DNA from: Entomortierella parvispora E1425
Taxonomy: Eukaryota > Fungi > Mortierellomycota
DNA length: 64,000 nt
Assembly (NCBI GenBank): GCA_020891255.1
Contig: BQFW01000012.1
Span: 2,657,977 to 2,721,976 of the forward strand
Direction: 5' to 3'
The position numbers and the translations under genes are program-made. A model generated the notes under the pieces. It was not told the DNA's origin. It did no database searches and saw only the letters and a program-made list of their open reading frames with translations. This document shows positions 51,673-62,485 of this stretch, in pieces (position 1 is the first letter of the stretch; every line of letters starts with the position of its first letter).

Positions 51673-52015
51673 GGTTGCACCTCACTCAATCACGGACACC
51701 GATGCACTCTCAGGGAACCCACAAAGTATCGATACACTTGTTTCCTACCAGTTATTCCCCTGGGCAGAAAGAACCATTTAATTGTGGAGAACGATGATAA
51801 TGTCATCGTAATCGTCAGAGGCAGAGGCAAAGATTGAAACGTCGAGACTGCAATTGATATTTTTATGGATAGTCACTCTGATGAACTTTTTTTAATGGTG
51901 GACCTCTGATAATCCGAGCTCTGGATCTGCTACTCAAGAGCAACCTCGAGCTTCGCCTTGTCTTGAACTCGTGTCAATTGAGTCAGAGATGGCCTGCTCT
52001 GAAACGATTCTGCAA

Positions 52016-52168
52016 TTAGATAATGCAAGAATGATCAAGGTCGGACTCCAGGCCAAGTTCTGCACAGGGCAGCCCGTCCACTTGAGCAGGGTAGGCCTTG
52101 GCAGTGGATGAGAGCAGAGCGATGACTGCCATGAAGGCAAGGATCGAGTAGGCGGTGAATCGGGCCAT
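52016..52168 (-). CDS. Candidate small secreted peptide (50 aa, 2 Cys)
   Basis: MARFTAYSILAFMAVIALLSSTAKA-YPAQVDGLPCAELGLESDLDHSCII*: textbook signal peptide with A-K-A cleavage site. Possible splicing not resolved. Confidence 0.5.
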   Translation of the reverse strand: MARFTAYSILAFMAVIALLSSTAKAYPAQVDGLPCAELGLESDLDHSCII

Positions 52169-54761
52169 GGCTTGAGTTCGTGGTGTTGGGATGAATGATG
52201 TTGAGGAGGTTGTAGAGAAGAAAGAGGGAGCTTCGGAATTCAGGTCGAGTTCTTTTAAACATTCACACACTTGTCATGGTTCTTTTGTTGAGCAGGTTCA
52301 ACCTCTTTCATCGTGGGTTCATCACAACGGAGAAAGAGCTGAACACAAACCGTTGCTTGTGTTTGCATGAATGGATGCGGCGTATAACAGAGTAGAACAG
52401 CAGATTTGGATCGTTCCCGTAATTTATCGAAGACCTGTTGGACAAGTCGAGAGCAACCAAGCCAGCAACGTTCCTAGTCATGAATATTCGGACACTGTCG
52501 TTTAAAAGAACGGTAAGTATGAGTGCCGTCTGACGACAGACAGAGGAACGTTCCGGAAAAGATCTAGCAGGATAAGAGCAAGAAAAGAGTGAGCAAGAGA
52601 GCCGAATTGAAAGCATGTGCAGTACAACGATACCCTACCAAAGGAGCAGGCAGGTCATATCGGCATCTTGACAGGATAATAGGGGGGGAGACACGATCGT
52701 CTATCCCGCTCGTCTTGATCCACAGCAGGATTTGGCATTCTGCTGGCTTACGGGCTTGAATCCATCCTGCCTCTGAGGGCCAGTTTTTTTAGTTTTTGAA
52801 TCCCACAAAGAAAAAAAAAACCAAAAAAAAAACGACAAAAAAAAATCGATGTCTTGACTCGCTTCGTACATCCCTGGTTGCCGGACAATGGCGCGTTGTG
52901 CAGTGTGAGTTCATGTAATTTGGGTCGTGGAATTGACTTTTCCTTTCTTCGGTGCACTTGCTCCTGCTTGGCGCCTACTACTACTGGGTAGACTACGACT
53001 CTCATCCCCCAATCCCTTCTCTGGGTTTTTCATAAGGGGAGGGACATGAACACGATGGGAAAGAGGACTTTCACGTTGTTGGGACTGTGCTGTGGCGTTA
53101 ATGGTGTTGACACAAGAGCTTTGTGAACAGCACTTGCATCAAAAAAAGTGCTCTCTTGTCTTTCTGTGTTGTGGGTTTATCCGTCAAAGTCGGAACCATG
53201 ACAGTTTCTTCAATTCCACATCAATAATATTCTGCTGATGGTCCTCTTTTTTCAGCCATGGACCTCATTGACGGTGGTATTGGGTTTGACGTCCTGTCTG
53301 GGAGCTGACTTAAAGTCATTATTGCCCTACCGCCATACCCTCTTTGCAATAAAGAGACAATGCTCGTAGGTGGCGCTTATGACGGCAGGCTTGGGAGATT
53401 GGTGGATTCGGCCACCTGCTCTGACCGGATGCTAGTTCAGAGACGCTTGTCCTCCACCTGATCAGCCAGCAGCGGGATGAACCTTCGCAAAAAAAAAGTG
53501 GTCGTCTGCAGTATCCCTCTGTATCCCTACAACAGGCCATCCTTCTGTTACTCTCCGTCTTCCAACAAGGATGGCCCACTTCAACATCATCTCTCCTGAG
53601 AAAAGGCGTATTCAACCTGCTCGTGAGAAAAAAAAATGGAGTCAGGCGGTTGCTATGCCATTGGATTGAGGCGTCCTGCTCTTTCGAACCTCTGGTGAAT
53701 ACAGCTCATTTCTTTTCGTTGATTCGTCCGTTTTGATCTCCTTTGTACTTCGCTGACCCGTCTGTATCCTTCTGCCTCCTACATCTATTGTATTCCATTC
53801 TAATTGCATCTATCTTTCCATCTTCTCCAGCAGCAGGGTAAACATCAACATGCATTCTCGTGTGGTTGCCAATGAGCCTTTGTTATCGCCCCTCTTTTGT
53901 CTGCTGTCACAAGCCGGACCGTAGCCTCTCATGTCCTTGTAACACCCTGTTGCATGACCACCAGCATCAAGGACATTCAAAAAAAAAAACGCGACGAAGA
54001 CGCGTCTACCAATCGCCTGCTACGAGAAAGAGCCAGATCAAGTAACCTGAACGCCAGAACTCAAAGGTCGTGGCCACAGTGATCCTCTCACGCAATCTCT
54101 CTATTTTCTCTCAGAATGGTACATCTAGAACTACTTAATAGATGTAGACGGTTCCACAGCACGCTTGCCTGTTTTTAATATGATGGGTATCGAAGGAGAC
54201 TTGTTGGTCATGACCTTCTCATGATCACGTTCTCAACAATGGTGCTTCGTGTTTCGCTTCGACCCGTGAGGAACTACACCTCTGGGGTTGTAACATTTGA
54301 TCCATCTTGCCAAGTACGAGGCTGCTCTGTCTTGTCTTCTTTTATCAACTTTGGACCCACGAAAACCATAACTAAAGGCATGTCTAAGGGCAAACTGTCG
54401 CTAGTGAATGGGAATGAAAGAAGGTGCCGGTCGACGGGAACTCACTTATCCTTTGCTTGATAGAAGTGAATGCCCCTGAGAAACAACAACAGAGGAGGGC
54501 CAAAAAAAAAAAAATTGACGAGCTTGAGTCCAGCCTTCTCCACCAACGAAGTGGACCACGATGATTCTAGCGCCAACCATGGCAGCCTTCTTTCAATCTT
54601 TCGGGATGCCCACACTAGCCTGTTTGCGAGTGAAATGATATGGAACTTCTGTTTCTTGTTCCTTGTCCATTGGGACTGGAGGACGGTTAGAGCTCGCTGA
54701 TCTCATTCTCTCTCCTCTGTCTTCCATTTCTCTTCCCTCTTCCTTCTCTCCTTCTCTTCTG

Positions 54762-54824
54762 TCTCTTCCTTCTCTTCCTTCTCTTCCTTCTCTTCCTTCT
54801 CTTCCTTCTCTTCCTTCTCTTCCC
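54762..54824 (+). repeat. 9-bp tandem repeat (TCTCTTCCT) x7
   Basis: Direct reading of the sequence. Confidence 0.9.
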
Positions 54825-55399
54825 TCTCGTTCCTTGCCTTTCGCCCTTCCCTCGCGTCTCTTGCATCTTAAACCCTTCCTTTGTCCCCACGGTTTGTGCA
54901 TGCCCACTCAAGGGAGGAATGATATGAACTCACTGCTGAAATCTTGGGATGAGCACTTTGTATCTGCTTCTGGCGTAGAAAAAAAAGCGATCAAGGTAAA
55001 AACCAAGGACCTGCTCCGTGCTTGTCCGCAACTGTACCATCTTGTTCGTTTCGCCTTCCCTCTTGTTCTTCTCTTCTTGTTCTTCCCCTCTTTAAATTGC
55101 TCTGAGGCGCAGAATCTGTGCCAACTGGCGATTCATTCTTTTGCTTTCTCGGTCACTAGGCTTGAGAACTTGATGTTGATTTGCATTGCATTGGCAAGGT
55201 GGGGTGTTTATTATTACAAGTCGAGAAAGGCCCCAGTAGCGCTGAATCAATTAGGTCCTGGAACGTTGAAACGTTGAGCGCACTCCAGCCCTTCTATCAT
55301 CCAACCTCCTAAATGCTTGACCCTGCTCCAACACCGTCTCAAATTCCGCTGCAAAAAGTCCTCTGATAATTTTCCCGTCGGTTTGTAATGGCGATCTCA

Positions 55400-57718
55400 A
55401 AGATATACTCTCCTACTCCCCGTGGTTCATTGTAAGATGCTCGTCCTTGAGATGCCTCGGGACTTCGGCTGCAGTTGATACATCAATTGTCCGCCTCATA
55501 AGGTTGATGTCGATGCCCATGGCTGTTTATTTTGACACCTGAACTCTTCAGCATACCTTCCTTGCATCAGCACGCAAAGTTTGCTTCAAAGCTTGGCTGA
55601 ACAGTGCAAACATGATGCCTGCCGCAGCACCAGTTTCTGGATCTGTGCGCCCTACTATAAAAGTAAGATCGGAGCGAGACTCGCATACCTTAGGAAAGAG
55701 CGGCGGCACAATAGCCCCGTCGTTCCCAAAATCATGACAGAAAAAAACGTTCATAATCAAAATCTGTCCCGAGCTCATGACTTCAAGTCTGGGAGTCTGT
55801 ATCGTGCTTCAAAATCCAATGATATCTGATTTGCGAGGGACATCTCTTGTAGATGCATCACGCCCTTGAAAGTGTCTTTTGAGGCGACCTTGTCATGGAG
55901 TATCCCTTTCAAGTTTGCTGATACAATGACATCCCGATTCCACCTACGAGCAGCCTCCCGAGAACATGTTGCCTGTATGTAACGCTAGTGCCAAGCCGAA
56001 AGTACTCAGGATCCGTACTCAAAAAAAAAAAAAAAAAAAGGTCTACTACCATGAGCATGACCACCCATAGATCACTTACTGAGTTACCTGAGTCCACGCA
56101 TCCTCGAATCAGGTCAAATGCAACCGCCATCTACTCCAGAAGCCCTTCCTTCTACGTCCAGGGCCCTCCCTGAATGATAAAAGAGGATATGTCCTTGATA
56201 CGTTGGAATCGGTCGAGGGCGAGCACCGACGAGTTTGGCACGGAGGTCATCGTGGGTGAGTTTCCTGTCAATAGTGCTGGCTGGGATAAATCTGTTGTCA
56301 TTCGATACATAAAGTCGCTGAGGCGCTTCGTCCACGTCGTCAGATTGTTGTTCCAAAGCAAGTCTTCATTAATGTATACGATGGGCGGATTGGCGACGCA
56401 AGCCGCAACAGAGCCTTTGACCACATCCTGATGAAGAAGACTAGCGAGCCGGGCCCTTGCTCCCAAGTCCAGTGGTAGATCCTGATCCAACAGATTTTGT
56501 TATTCGTGCATCCGGAAAGTTTGCTGGCAGTCTTTGCAGTATCAAGTTCATTTGCTGAAAAATTGGTACCTGATGAAGAGCCACTAGACCATTCCAGCTC
56601 ATAGTAGCTTAATCCCGCGTCTCAAGGCATGGATGCGAATCTTGACGTCGTCCTACATTGTTGAAACTCGCTGGAATTTGTGGAGTTAAACCAGTATGGG
56701 CGGAATGGTTGTATGGTCAATGTTGAGGCAGTCCATCGGGAGCCTTCCCAGCACTTGAACATCACCCAGAATCAAAATAAACCTGGCCATGCCTGTGATG
56801 CACGTTCAAGAAGTCGCCTCTGTGTCTCTTTCATGCAAGTCCACGCACAGGGTTGGTGATATTGAGGTTCCACGAGTCGGAAGCAGTGAGCCACCAGTCT
56901 GACATCCTTGAAAAGGCCCCCAAGCACATACAGGAAGGCTAGTGCTGCCTTGCAGGAGTAACCACCTTCTGCAGGAGAGCGAGGGCGGATCTGGTGGATA
57001 CTCACTCTGTCCTCCAGAATCAGAAGCTGCAAATACAGAAAGGCCGAATGTCAAATCTCGCACGCGGTCTGTGATTTGTTGTTTGTTGTTCGTTGAATGG
57101 ACGTTTGAGGTTATCTGACAACGCCCGTACAACGCATGCATGTCGTTCGATCCGGCATCCTTCTTATCCGCTTTGACGTAAAGGCCACATGTTTTCAGCT
57201 GCATCTCAGGACGTTGATGGATCCACAGATAGTTGGTGAGGATGTCACCTGCGCCACTTGTCGAGTTTCTAGAATGTGCAGATTTTGGCAAGCCGGAAAC
57301 AATGGCGGTGGTACTTCTTCAGCCATCACTTGTCTGCGCTTCCCTACTCCTGAGATCCTGCTCCTGTGATCCTGCCCCATGCGATAAGCCCTGTTCCTAT
57401 GGTGGTCAATGCGACTATTTTGAAGAGATGAGCAAAACGGTAAACGGCGCAGCTGAGAAGGACACGCGCGATTAACTTACCAGGTACATCTGAGTATAGA
57501 GAACGGGAAGCGGGGAAACCTTGGAGAGAGATGAGCAGATACTGGAGTATGGGCTGAGCGCTGCTGCCACGGTTACGTTGACGCCCTGATACCCAACCAT
57601 TACACCTAGAAGCAGGAGTAGTTTGTATGAGCGCACGTACAAGGGTTTTCGCAGCATTATCGAAAAACGCAGACATTACCTGATGGTGGTCCTTGGGCAA
57701 TGAAGTCGGTGTGGTCAT
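55400..57718 (-). pseudogene. Decayed multi-exon gene of unidentified family
   Basis: ATG 57718 with GTAATG/GTAAGT donors and protein-like fragments in shifting frames (KAALAFLYVLGGLFKDVRL, YVSNDNRFIPASTIDRKLTHDDLRAKL, LKGILHDKVASKDTFKGVMHLQEMSL), with many stops. No family recognised. Confidence 0.35.
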
Positions 57719-58164
57719 CGAGATTCTCGGGAAACAATCGTCCGTTTGTTCTGCTTGGTCTTCACTTCAAGGCGTTGATCATTTCGACTGAGTCGTGATT
57801 GGCATCCGGATAGGAAACGCACCAGAGGAAAGGTATGTGTGTTCGAGGTTTGCAAGTCTGTTGATTTTCTTGACGTTGATTGAAACGTTGAGGTACCAAT
57901 TGTAATGGCAGAGTGCATGTCGACAGGTTTGGCTTTCCACGAAGCATGTTGCGCATGTCTCTGAGACGAAGAAACACCGCAAGCACCGCAAGGGGGAAAA
58001 TGAAATGGAGGCTCGAGATGAGAAAAGTAGGAGCTAGGAAACAGCGTCGAGACGGGAATGGCGTGGAAGAAGGAGGACCAAGAGGATGATGTGTGGGTCT
58101 CCGATGTTTGTTGGAAGGAGACGGAAGGAGGCATCAGAAGCATCAGCATGGTGCGAGCTGCTGT

Positions 58165-58195
58165 CGTTATTTCCTACTCTGCAGGGAAATAAAGA
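58165..58195 (-). repeat. 31-bp palindromic element, copy 3 (inverted relative to copies 1 and 2)
   Basis: Reverse complement reads TCTTTATTTCC-CTGCAGAGTA-GGAAATAACG. Confidence 0.9.
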
Positions 58196-58298
58196 GACCA
58201 TGCCTGCCTGGACCGGCACTTTTTTTTTTTTTTTTGTGGGTTCAGCATCGACCTTTGTCTTCCTCGCTCCCCTATATCCTCTAATCCCTCTTCATGAA

Positions 58299-59010
58299 CT
58301 ACCGCGATAGATATCGATAGATCATGCCGCCTTGCTGACTGAAGAACAATAATGACAAGATATGGCCATTGAGGTCACGGTTCACCATGCCTCTGCACTT
58401 CCTTCTCCTTGATAATCACCAGACACCACGCCACTCCAGCAGAATGCAAGGCCATCTGGAAACAAATGAAGCTGAAAGTCGGCCATAATGTCAACGCCTC
58501 AGAGCTGGTTGTAGACCCGACAGTCAAAAGCAACACTTGCAAGTACGCGTGAAATCCACCAAGTGCTGAAAAGAGAAGGATGAGAAGAGGGCTATCATGG
58601 ATCGACCTTGAAAAGGCTGCCTTGATCTCATGATCCGTGTCGCAATATCGGCGATGTAATTCCCAGCCCCTTCTCGAACTACCAGGAACTTGGATCGAAC
58701 TTGGTATGCATTTCCGTTGTGAGATTGTTATCCCAGAAATACCGACATGGCATATGTCCCGCTCTCCTTCGTCAGGTCCAGCTTGTTATTATTACCTGCC
58801 GAATGATGAGTCACTTTCCCATATTTCGCTTTGATTCAACAGTAGGCCTGTACATCCTACACCACACAATTGTATGTGACTCCTTACCTTGTCCTCCAGT
58901 CTGCAATTCATAATAAACCATGCCTTTCGGCCCTTTTCTTATTCTTGCCCTGTCTGGTCGTGACAACGACTCTTTGTCTTCTCGAGAAGTCCTGGCTCAT
59001 GACTTGTCTC
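58299..59010 (-). mobile_element. Decayed Fanzor/TnpB-like RuvC nuclease C-terminal remnant
   Basis: Minus-strand translation VVREGAGNY...HLVDFTRTCKCCF(-1 nt: DC)...WRGVW*LSRRRKCRGMVNRDLNGHILSLLFFSQQGGMIYRYLSR* follows the Fanzor/TnpB order RuvC-II (VDExRTS), CxxC, C..C, RuvC-III (NRDxNA), terminal YLxR. The 60-codon II-III spacing is appropriate. Contains stops and frameshifts. Confidence 0.55.
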
Positions 59011-61015
59011 CCTTGCACTTCAGATAAGTCATGGGAAAAGCAAATCGAAACAAAGTCAAGTCGTGTCAGCTTTCTTCTCATGTATCGCTCTCCTCCCAAT
59101 CCTTTCTTGCCTTTGTCTTTCCCTTCGTTTCATTTTTCTTCCATCTTGCCTCTTGCATTCCACTCGGCCGCCAACTAAGTGGATATATGAACTACATACC
59201 CATTGATTGAGCCAGGTTCGGCTGCTTGTCTTCTGTTTATAGTCCTGATTGTTGATGTGGCGCGTTCCGCGTGGAGCCCATCTCTTCTGTTGATAGACTG
59301 CCAAACCAAAATGTTCCTCTACATTGTCCTCTTCTAGCTTTCGTGGCCTCTTTCTCTGTTGGAGCACCACTGCCTAAACCAAGATCGTTTCATCTTGAGG
59401 TAGGCGAGTGCCATAAGCAGGGCAAGGACAGTGAGGAGCCGAAAAATACACGATCCTGTGCTGCGGTTATCTGCTCTTGCGGGACAGATCAATCTCATTT
59501 AGAAGAAAAAGCGGAGGAACTGCCTTTTGCGATTACCTGCTGAGAAGGCGTCGGAGCGAGGAAGTTCCACGAGACTCGAAAGAAATAGTTGTTCTTTTGA
59601 TGTACCTCTCTGTCGAAGCCTTCATCTTTCTTGCCTAGTGAGAGGATAGCCTGCTCAGTTGTCTTTTGTCGTGCGTGCCCTTCTCTTCAATCCCTGGATC
59701 ACTGAGGGAAGCAGCACAGATACATGTCAAATGGTAGGGTGCGATCGATGGGTGAACGCGCAGGAAGAGGCTGTGGAGGTAGATTCAGAGCATTCGTTCA
59801 TGGTCGGATTAATGGAGACCCACTTGTCCTTGACTTGGAGCCCTATTCCCAGTGGCACCTGTGGAAACCGGACGCGGAATCCAAAAAATAAAAAAATCGC
59901 GTCTTGACGCGCTTTCCTCTCCGCCAGAGCACAACAAACCGAAGGGACTTCGAGGAAGAGGTCGCACCATCCACTGTGACAACCCTCGCACCGTGCCTGC
60001 ATCGAGATGCACATGTCCATCCAAGATCTAAAGAAGGAGCAATCTTGGAGAAGCACTTTGCGGCCGCCGGCACAAAAAAAAAGTCAGTGACTCTTCACCG
60101 TGTTGTCGTTTGTTGTCCGCATCGCATGGACTGATCGTTCCTGAACTCTCTTGCCCTTCTCTTCTCTTTCCTCTTGTCCCTATCTTCTCTTCCCTTCCAT
60201 TCCCTCTCGACAATTATCCCAAGACCATTGTAGAGGGGGAGAAATGCGCGTTGTAGTTTGTTGCCGTTGGGACTGAACTAGTCTCTTTTTCTCTCCCTTC
60301 CCTCCATCTCTCTTTGTCTCTTACCTTTCTAGGCTTGCCATCTCGTCTCTTCCATGCCTCTCATCTCTTCCATACCTCCTCTTCCATTTACAGCATTCCG
60401 TCATGCCGGACAGATGGGTGCTGACCCGACCTTGACTTGTTGGAAACAAATGCCCTTCAGCTCCAGCAGCAGAGGAAACTTCAAAAAAAAAAGGGGACAA
60501 ATGTCCTCATGTTCTGACAAGTCGGTCCAGGCCATTCCCTGCGGCGCGACAACGAAGAGAAGTGGAAGAAGATATTGCGCTGCCGACTGTGGCATCTATC
60601 TCCGCATCAGAGTGGACATGTCCATCCAAGGGAGAAGTAATTCTTGGAGGAGCAGTTTACAGCTTCTGGCGAGAAAAAAAAAACCAAGAACCCTGCCCCT
60701 TTTTTCTTTGTTGTCGCATGGACTGATCGTTTTTCTCTCCTTTCTGCTCTCCTCCTCTTTCGGAACTCGCTATCTTCCCTGTTGCTTCTCTCTTCTCTTC
60801 TCTCTTGCTCGTCTCTTCTTCCGCCTTGTCCCTCTCCTCTTTTCCCTCTTTCTCTTCTCTTCTCTTCCGTCTTGTTCCTCTCGTGTCTTCCCTCTCTTCT
60901 CTTCTTTCTTGCTCCACCATTTTCTTCCTCTTATTTTCCTTTGCTGATGTCTTCTTTTCTCTTGAACTTGTCAACTGTCCCTCTCTTCTTCTCTCTCCCT
61001 TCTTTCTCGTCTTCT

Positions 61016-61206
61016 CTTCTCTCTTGTTCGTCAGACTTGATCGTCTCTCGTCTTCTCGTCTCTCTTGTACGTCAGTCTTGATCGTCTCTCGTCTTCTCGT
61101 CTCTCTTGTTCGTCAGTCTTGATCGTCTCTCGTCTTCTCGTCTCTCTTGTTCGTCAGTCTTGATCGTCTCTCGTCTTCTCGTCTCTCTTGTTCGTCAGTC
61201 TTGATC
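61016..61206 (+). repeat. 41-bp minisatellite, ~4.7 copies
   Basis: Unit CTCTCTTGTTCGTCAGTCTTGATCGTCTCTCGTCTTCTCGT; TCAG cores at 61031, 61072, 61113, 61154, 61195. Confidence 0.95.
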
Positions 61207-61344
61207 ATTTCTTGTCTTCACTCTCGCACTTTTTGGTCGCACGATGTGAGTTTCGTGCTCGTCCACCCTTCCTCGGGATGACAGCGCAGAAAAAAAAAAA
61301 AGCACAAAAGGGACCCGCATGGACTGATCGCACCGGGGTCCTCT

Positions 61345-61445
61345 TCTCCTCCCTCTTGTTCCTCCTCCCTCTTGTTCCTCCTCTTCTCCTCCCTCTTGTT
61401 CCTCCTCTTCTCCTCCCTCTTGTCCCTCCTCTTCTCTTTCCTCCT
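61345..61445 (+). repeat. ~24-bp CT-rich tandem repeat, 3-4 copies
   Basis: Reiterated CCTCCCTCTTGTTCCTCCTCTTCT. Confidence 0.8.
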
Positions 61446-61623
61446 GTCCTCTTCCCTCCCAAGACCAATGTTCTTTTGGATGGGGCCAGTGCAGCCTCCA
61501 TTTGTCAAAAAAAAAGGCCGAGGGGGAAACGGGCGGTTGTTGTTTGTTGGATGGAGCGTCCCTGACCTTGTGTCTTTTTCTCCCGTCTTCTCTAGCCATC
61601 TCAACCCATCCTCCTTTCATCCC

Positions 61624-61836
61624 TCTCGTCTCTTGCATTCATCTCGTCCCTTGCATTCATCTCGTCCCTTGCATTCATCTCGTCCCTTGCATTCATCTCG
61701 TCCCTTGCATTCATCTCGTCCTTTGCATCCATCTCATCCCTTGCATTCATCTCGTCCTTTGCATCCATCTCATCCCTTGCATCCATCTCGTCTCTTGCAT
61801 TCATCTCGTCTCTTGCATTCATCTTGTCTCTTGCAT
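61624..61836 (+). repeat. 18-bp minisatellite A (TTGCATTCATCTCGTCCC), ~12 copies
   Basis: TTGCAT cores every 18 nt from 61633 to 61831. Confidence 0.95.
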
Positions 61837-62062
61837 CGTTTGACCTTCTCGTCTCCTGCATTCCACAGTTCTTGCATCCCTCTCTCTTGTCTCTCTTTTT
61901 TTGCATCCCTTTCCTCTCATGTCTCTCGTCTCGATTCCTGCATCCTTCCTTTCTCCTCGACTCTTGCATCCATCCTTACCCTGTCCTCCCGTATCTAGCA
62001 TCCGTCTTCTTTTTTGGATCTTTCGCCTCTTTTGCATCTCTCGTCTCCTGCCCTTTTCCTTT

Positions 62063-62485
62063 TTGTATCTCTCTTCTCTGTTGCATCTCTCTTCTCTGTT
62101 GCATCTCTCTTCTCTGTTGCATTTCTCTTCTCTATTGCATCTCTCTTCTCTGCTGCATCTCTCTTCTCTGTTGCATCTCTCTTCTCTGTTGCATCTCTCT
62201 TCTCTGTTGCATCTCTCTTCTCTGTTGCATCTCTTTTCTCTGCTGCATCTCTCTTCTCTGCTGCATCTCTCTTCTCTGCTGCATCTCTCTTCTCTGCTGC
62301 ATCTCTCTTCTTTGCTGCATCTCTCTTCTCTGCTGCATCTCTCTTCTTTGCTGCATCTCTCTTCTCTGCTGCATCTCTCTTCTTTGCTGCATCTCTCTTC
62401 TCTGCTGCATCTCTCTTCTTTGCTGCATCTCTCTTCTCTGCTGCATCTCTCTTCTTTGCTGCATCTCTCTTCTCTGTTGCATCTC
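62063..62485 (+). repeat. 18-bp minisatellite B ([T/C]TGCATCTCTCTTCTCTG), ~23 copies
   Basis: 18-nt period from 62063 to 62477, with variant blocks (TTG/CTG, CTCTG/CTTTG). Confidence 0.95.

Larger units (their letters stand above)
59990..61600. repeat. Degenerate ~600-bp periodic subtelomeric repeat
   Basis: GCATGGACTGATCG at 60124, 60716 and 61317 (spacing 592 and 601), each preceded by an A-tract and followed by CT-rich sequence. ACATGTCCATCCAAG...TCTTGGAG is shared by units 1 and 2. Confidence 0.75.

Noticed and set aside
59680-59730. SDPG motif as RuvC-I of the Fanzor-like remnant
   Set aside because: It lies about 380 codons from the RuvC-II motif, longer than I would expect, and its context is weak; may be chance. 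The element's 5' extent is unresolved.
59900-61640. Several 100-200 aa Leu/Ser/Phe-rich or Arg/Glu/Lys-rich ORFs
   Set aside because: They are translations of CT/GA-rich low-complexity DNA.
61016-62485. CRISPR-like array
   Set aside because: The repeats are head-to-tail tandem units with no unique spacers, no cas genes are present, and the context is a eukaryotic subtelomere.
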